Shown here piece after piece: positions 60,060 to 64,000 of a stretch of DNA of 64,000 nt (its first letter is position 1; the number at the start of each line of letters is the position of its first letter). The position numbers and the translations under genes are program-made. The DNA is from Eledone cirrhosa. Its lineage: Eukaryota. The notes under the pieces were generated by a model. That model saw nothing but the letters and a program-made list of their open reading frames with translations. It was not told the origin of the DNA and searched no databases. The stretch lies in the NCBI GenBank assembly GCA_964016885.1, contig OZ024740.1, positions 52,328,001-52,392,000 on the forward strand, written 5' to 3'.

Positions 60060-60560
60060 TTTTAGTATGCTTTTTGTTTGTTTTCTGCCTGAATTCTTCA
60101 ATTCATTTAGCTTCTAGTTTATTATGTTGAAGCTGTAGTTATAACTGGCTTGGCAGTGTAGCTTATAATTACTTTTCACATTAATCTTAGATTTTGATAT
60201 TAGCTTAACTCTTCTGTTGTACACTTTTTTTTCTCTTTTATTTTTTAGTACTAGCATATCAGTTTCATCTACTCCTTTGTATTTGTTTTGGTGGTTATGA
60301 TCTAGTGCTCTCATTTTCGTGTCTGTATCGAATTTAAGGTTATGTTCTAGTTAATTTGCCTCTTTTTATAGTAGCTTTGGCACATTTGTCTAACCCCATA
60401 CTATTTTCTATGTCTTGATTGAATTTATGAAATATTTTTAGTTTGTTCACCAATTGGGTATAGTTGCTTGTAAATATCTTTCCGTAGATGAGACATAAAT
60501 GACTGTGATTTCATTATTGAGTCCGAGCTATGTAAAAGTGTGGAGAGGATAATGAGACTC
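60060..60560 (-). mobile_element. Old R4/Dong-like RT fragment
   Basis: KCAKATIKRGK, RRVKLISKSKIN..YSFNIIN. Confidence 0.55.
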
Positions 60561-60820
60561 ACTGAATGGTTACTCTTTTTCTAGGTATTGTTTACCACTG
60601 AGAAAAATTGAAATTATACAGCTGTGACATCGTTAAAATACTGTATTCTCTCATACTGTGTATTCTAGAACCTAACTCTTGGCAGATCCGTAGGGGCGCT
60701 GTAGTGACATACGGCGTTTCTTTGGCGTTTTGTTTAAACCTGGCAAAGTCCACCTCACCCTAGATCTGAATACAACCAATTTCTTCTAAGGAAAGAAAGT
60801 GAGAAAGAGATATGAGAAGA

Positions 60821-61440
60821 ATTGACCCCAGTACTGAGTTGGTACTTTTTTTTATCGGTCTCGGATGGAAAAAAGACAAAGTTGGCTCAGCTGGATTTGA
60901 ACTCAGTCGGAACGAATACTGTAAAACATTCTGACGTTCTAACGACATTGCCAATTTTCCGCCCTACTATGTATTCTAACACACTACATACACCGCCATA
61001 TATATTCTAGCATAATATCATTCTATCGTACTGTGTATTTTAATATATGTACTACGTACTCTAACATACTAAATAAACTATGTTACTATGTATTCTATCG
61101 TTCTATCTATTCTACCAGACTATGCATTCTACCATATTATATATTCTGCGATACTATGTATTCTATCATACTACACGTTCTACTACCATGTATTTTACCG
61201 TATTTGGTACGTCACGATACTATGTATTCTACCATACAGTATACAATAGGCACAAGGCTAACAATTTGAAGAGAGAGGAAAGTCGATTAAATCGACCCCA
61301 TTGCATTACTGGTGCTTTATTTTATCGACCCCATAAGGATAAAAGGCAAGGTTGACCTCGGTGGGGTTTGAAATCAGAACGTAAAGAGCCATAACTCTAT
61401 GCCGCAAAGCATGTTGTTCATCACTCTACCAATCCACCGT
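60821..61440 (-). mobile_element. Two SINE family 1 copies (60821-60965 and 61248-61440) flanking a tactatgtattcta minisatellite
   Basis: Reverse-complement SINE body and B box. Confidence 0.75.
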
Positions 61441-61759
61441 AACAATGACATGTATCATGAGTATGAAACCATAAATTTGAATAGTGTAGGTATATACGAT
61501 CAAACCTACAATAGTACATGACTAGGACTTTATGTTATCAACTCTGTACATATGACTCTCGTTGGCAAAGTTGAAGCTCATTGTGAATTGAAATCAAATC
61601 TTATCAAACCATTGCAAAACCATTTATTGACAAACTATCTGTTCTGTAGCAGTAGTAGTAGTGGTGGTGGTGGTGGTGGTTATTAGCGGTGGTGTTAGTG
61701 ATGGTTGTGTTTGATACAGGTCAGCTGAGAGAAAGAAGTACTCAATACCGAAGTAGAGT

Positions 61760-62205
61760 TTTAATGTTCAATATTATTAAGGCTAAAAATGTCCGATGAC
61801 CCTGTGATAAACATGCGAAACTCCAGAGTAAAAAGATTCACTTTTCTTCTCCCCTTCCTCACGACGGAAAAAAAAACATCTGACTGATAAAATAACAAGT
61901 CAGTCATATTGGTGGCCTCCTCACAGCCCCGGCGGACAGAATGGAGAAGGCGTTTCCTCGGAGGACGGCAAGGGAGACGCGCTGGAAAAGCCATTCCAGC
62001 TTGCGAGGCTCACACCTGCGGCTGGCCAGCTCAGTGCCTATGGTGGTGAGTAGGGAGATAGCCCTAGGGCCGAGGACACCAGAAGTCTCCACTGCTAAGG
62101 GTACAACCGCACACCTGTCGGAGAGCGACCGGTATTTGAAGAGTTTGGTCTCCTCGGCCCGACGTACAGCAGAAGCTATAGTCTGATCCAGCAGACCTAT
62201 GATCA
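61760..62205 (-). mobile_element. CRE-clade 3' fragment
   Basis: K..KY..VPLAVETSGVLGP..WLFQRVSLAVLRGNA. Confidence 0.8.
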
Positions 62206-62659
62206 GATTACTTCCAGCTGTGACCCGTCATTTTTAGTGAAGATTTTCAGGCTATATTATTCAATATAACTTTTTTTATTTTTATTTTTTTTGTCTCTCA
62301 ACACAACAGGGTGTTATTTGAAAGATATTTGACTATTATTTCTCTGGGGTCTAGCAATGACATAGACACAGCTTCGCTCGATGACAACGCGTAGAAGACG
62401 TAGTGTTAATAATAGGTAAAGTATCCTAAGCAACGTATATTTAATTAAATATTGTCATTGACAACAAACCAAATTAATCTTCTCTCTCCGTTTAACAAAG
62501 CTAATAGACTGAAAGAATACAAAATAATGAAATAATATCGAGAAAGTTCCTCCGGCGATCATTTTACTGTTAAGTTGATTATTTATTTTTTTTCATTTTT
62601 AGCAATGTTTTTATTTTATCTTATTTATTTTTCATCTTCTGTGTTTATATATATATATA

Positions 62660-63024
62660 GTTTGAGATGGTAATATGGACGAAACAAGAGAAGAAATCCT
62701 TCATCAGCTGTAAACCGAGATCATAGATGTTTCGGCGCTTAATACAGGACATCAAAAAGCGATCAGCGGCACGCCCAAGGCCTTTTATCGATCAAAAGGC
62801 CAGGAGGGAAAGAAAAGAAAAAAAGAAGAAAAAAGGAAAAGTACTGAGGAGAGAGGAAGAAAGAGAAAAAACAGGTAAACAGACCAAATGGTGAGGGGAC
62901 ACAGGACAATGGAACATGCAAGTGAGTAACCGAGGATAAAATAGAATAGAATAAGTTATAACGGACCGATTAGACTTAAGTCTGGTGGTGCGATAACAGG
63001 AGCCCAGTAGTACCGTGCAATCTC

Positions 63025-63074
<50 letters not shown>

Positions 63075-63638
63075 GGGAGGGGGATCACCCGGAAGTGAGA
63101 GGGAGAATGGGAAGGGAGATAATCCAAAAGAGTTTTACGACAGTTGTAAAACGTGTCGTAAACGATCGAAACCAGAGGAGTTTACAACATGTGTGAAACA
63201 TATCGTAAACGATCGAAAACGAGCAGATGGATAGAGATAGAGAGAGGAGAGAGAGAACGAGAGAGAGGAAAAGAGGGAAGAGGGATAGGGGAATCGATAT
63301 GAAAGCGTGGTGGTGGTGGGACCAAAGATCGAAAAAAAGAGGTAGAGGGTGTCACAGCGGTAAATACAAAATTATAAGAAACGAAACGAGCTGTGTGGTT
63401 ACTGTAAACAAAGTTTGAGATGGTAATATGGACGAAACAAGAGAAGAAATCCTTCATCAGCTGTAAACCGAGATCATAGATGTTTCGGCACTTAATACAG
63501 GACATCAAAAAGCGATCAGCGGCGCGCCCAAGGCCTTGTAAACAGCTGATGAAGGCATACTTTTCTTCTCTTGTTTACGTCCCGTTTACCTTCTAACACT
63601 TCGTGTTCAGTAACCACACAGCCTGCCTCTTCACTTGT
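62660..63638 (-). mobile_element. Non-coding PLE-like element: 125-bp direct repeats (753-nt period) plus divergent inverted stub, in (TA)n
   Basis: 62660-62784 matches 63413-63537; inverted copy at 63541-63625. Confidence 0.7.
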
Positions 63639-63657
63639 ATATATATATATATATATA

Positions 63658-64000
63658 CTAGCTAAACTACCCGTCCTGTGGACGGTTCAAGTAGCTTTCG
63701 ATGTAGCTCATTAAACTAAACAAAGTAAATTTGAATACATAGAAGAAAAACTTACTTTATGTGAACATGAAAACCTTAGGCACTATTCCAGCGAAATAAT
63801 TAATATGTGAGCTCGGTGTCATCCGTTATACCGTGTAACAACAGAAATCCAGTCTAGGTGTAAATTTTTTTGACAACAGTAAAAGCGCACCATGAAATAG
63901 AGAAGTGAAGTGAATAATAGACACTATTATGTACAAAGCATAATATTGTAAAAGCTATGACATCACTTAATGTATGAACATCAAGCTTGAAACGATAAAC
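63658..64000 (-). mobile_element. Helitron 3' terminus, element runs out of the window
   Basis: TA-CTAG followed by hairpin ccgtcc/ggacgg. Confidence 0.65.

Noticed and set aside
62695-62775. Type II hammerhead on the minus strand (GAAA before CUGAUGA)
   Set aside because: UH site and stems I and II do not form

Overview
Gene-free, repeat-saturated eukaryotic (animal) DNA. The (TA)n/(CATA)n microsatellites, SINE types and retroelement mix are consistent with an octopod cephalopod; this is inference. No host gene, rRNA, tRNA gene or CRISPR array is supported, and the many '[10 protein letters not shown]' ORFs are translated microsatellites. Contents: a decayed L1/Tx1 LINE, a decayed Helitron plus non-autonomous derivatives, three Naiad-type Penelope-like elements (PLEs; one with an intact 765-aa RT+GIY-YIG ORF and hammerhead-bearing pseudo-LTRs), a CR1-group LINE, R4/Dong, RTE and CRE fragments, and two tRNA-derived SINE families. 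The most striking signal is about 19 hand-foldable hammerhead ribozymes (HHRs). Most lie in several small non-coding, tandem or fold-back, TA-embedded retrozyme/mini-Penelope families. These show stem covariation, a compensatory U3-A8 catalytic core, very large stem II insertions and, in one family, a conserved splice donor/acceptor pair around the ribozyme. A covarying kink-turn motif ends two other non-coding elements. All folds were done by eye and need computational and biochemical confirmation.
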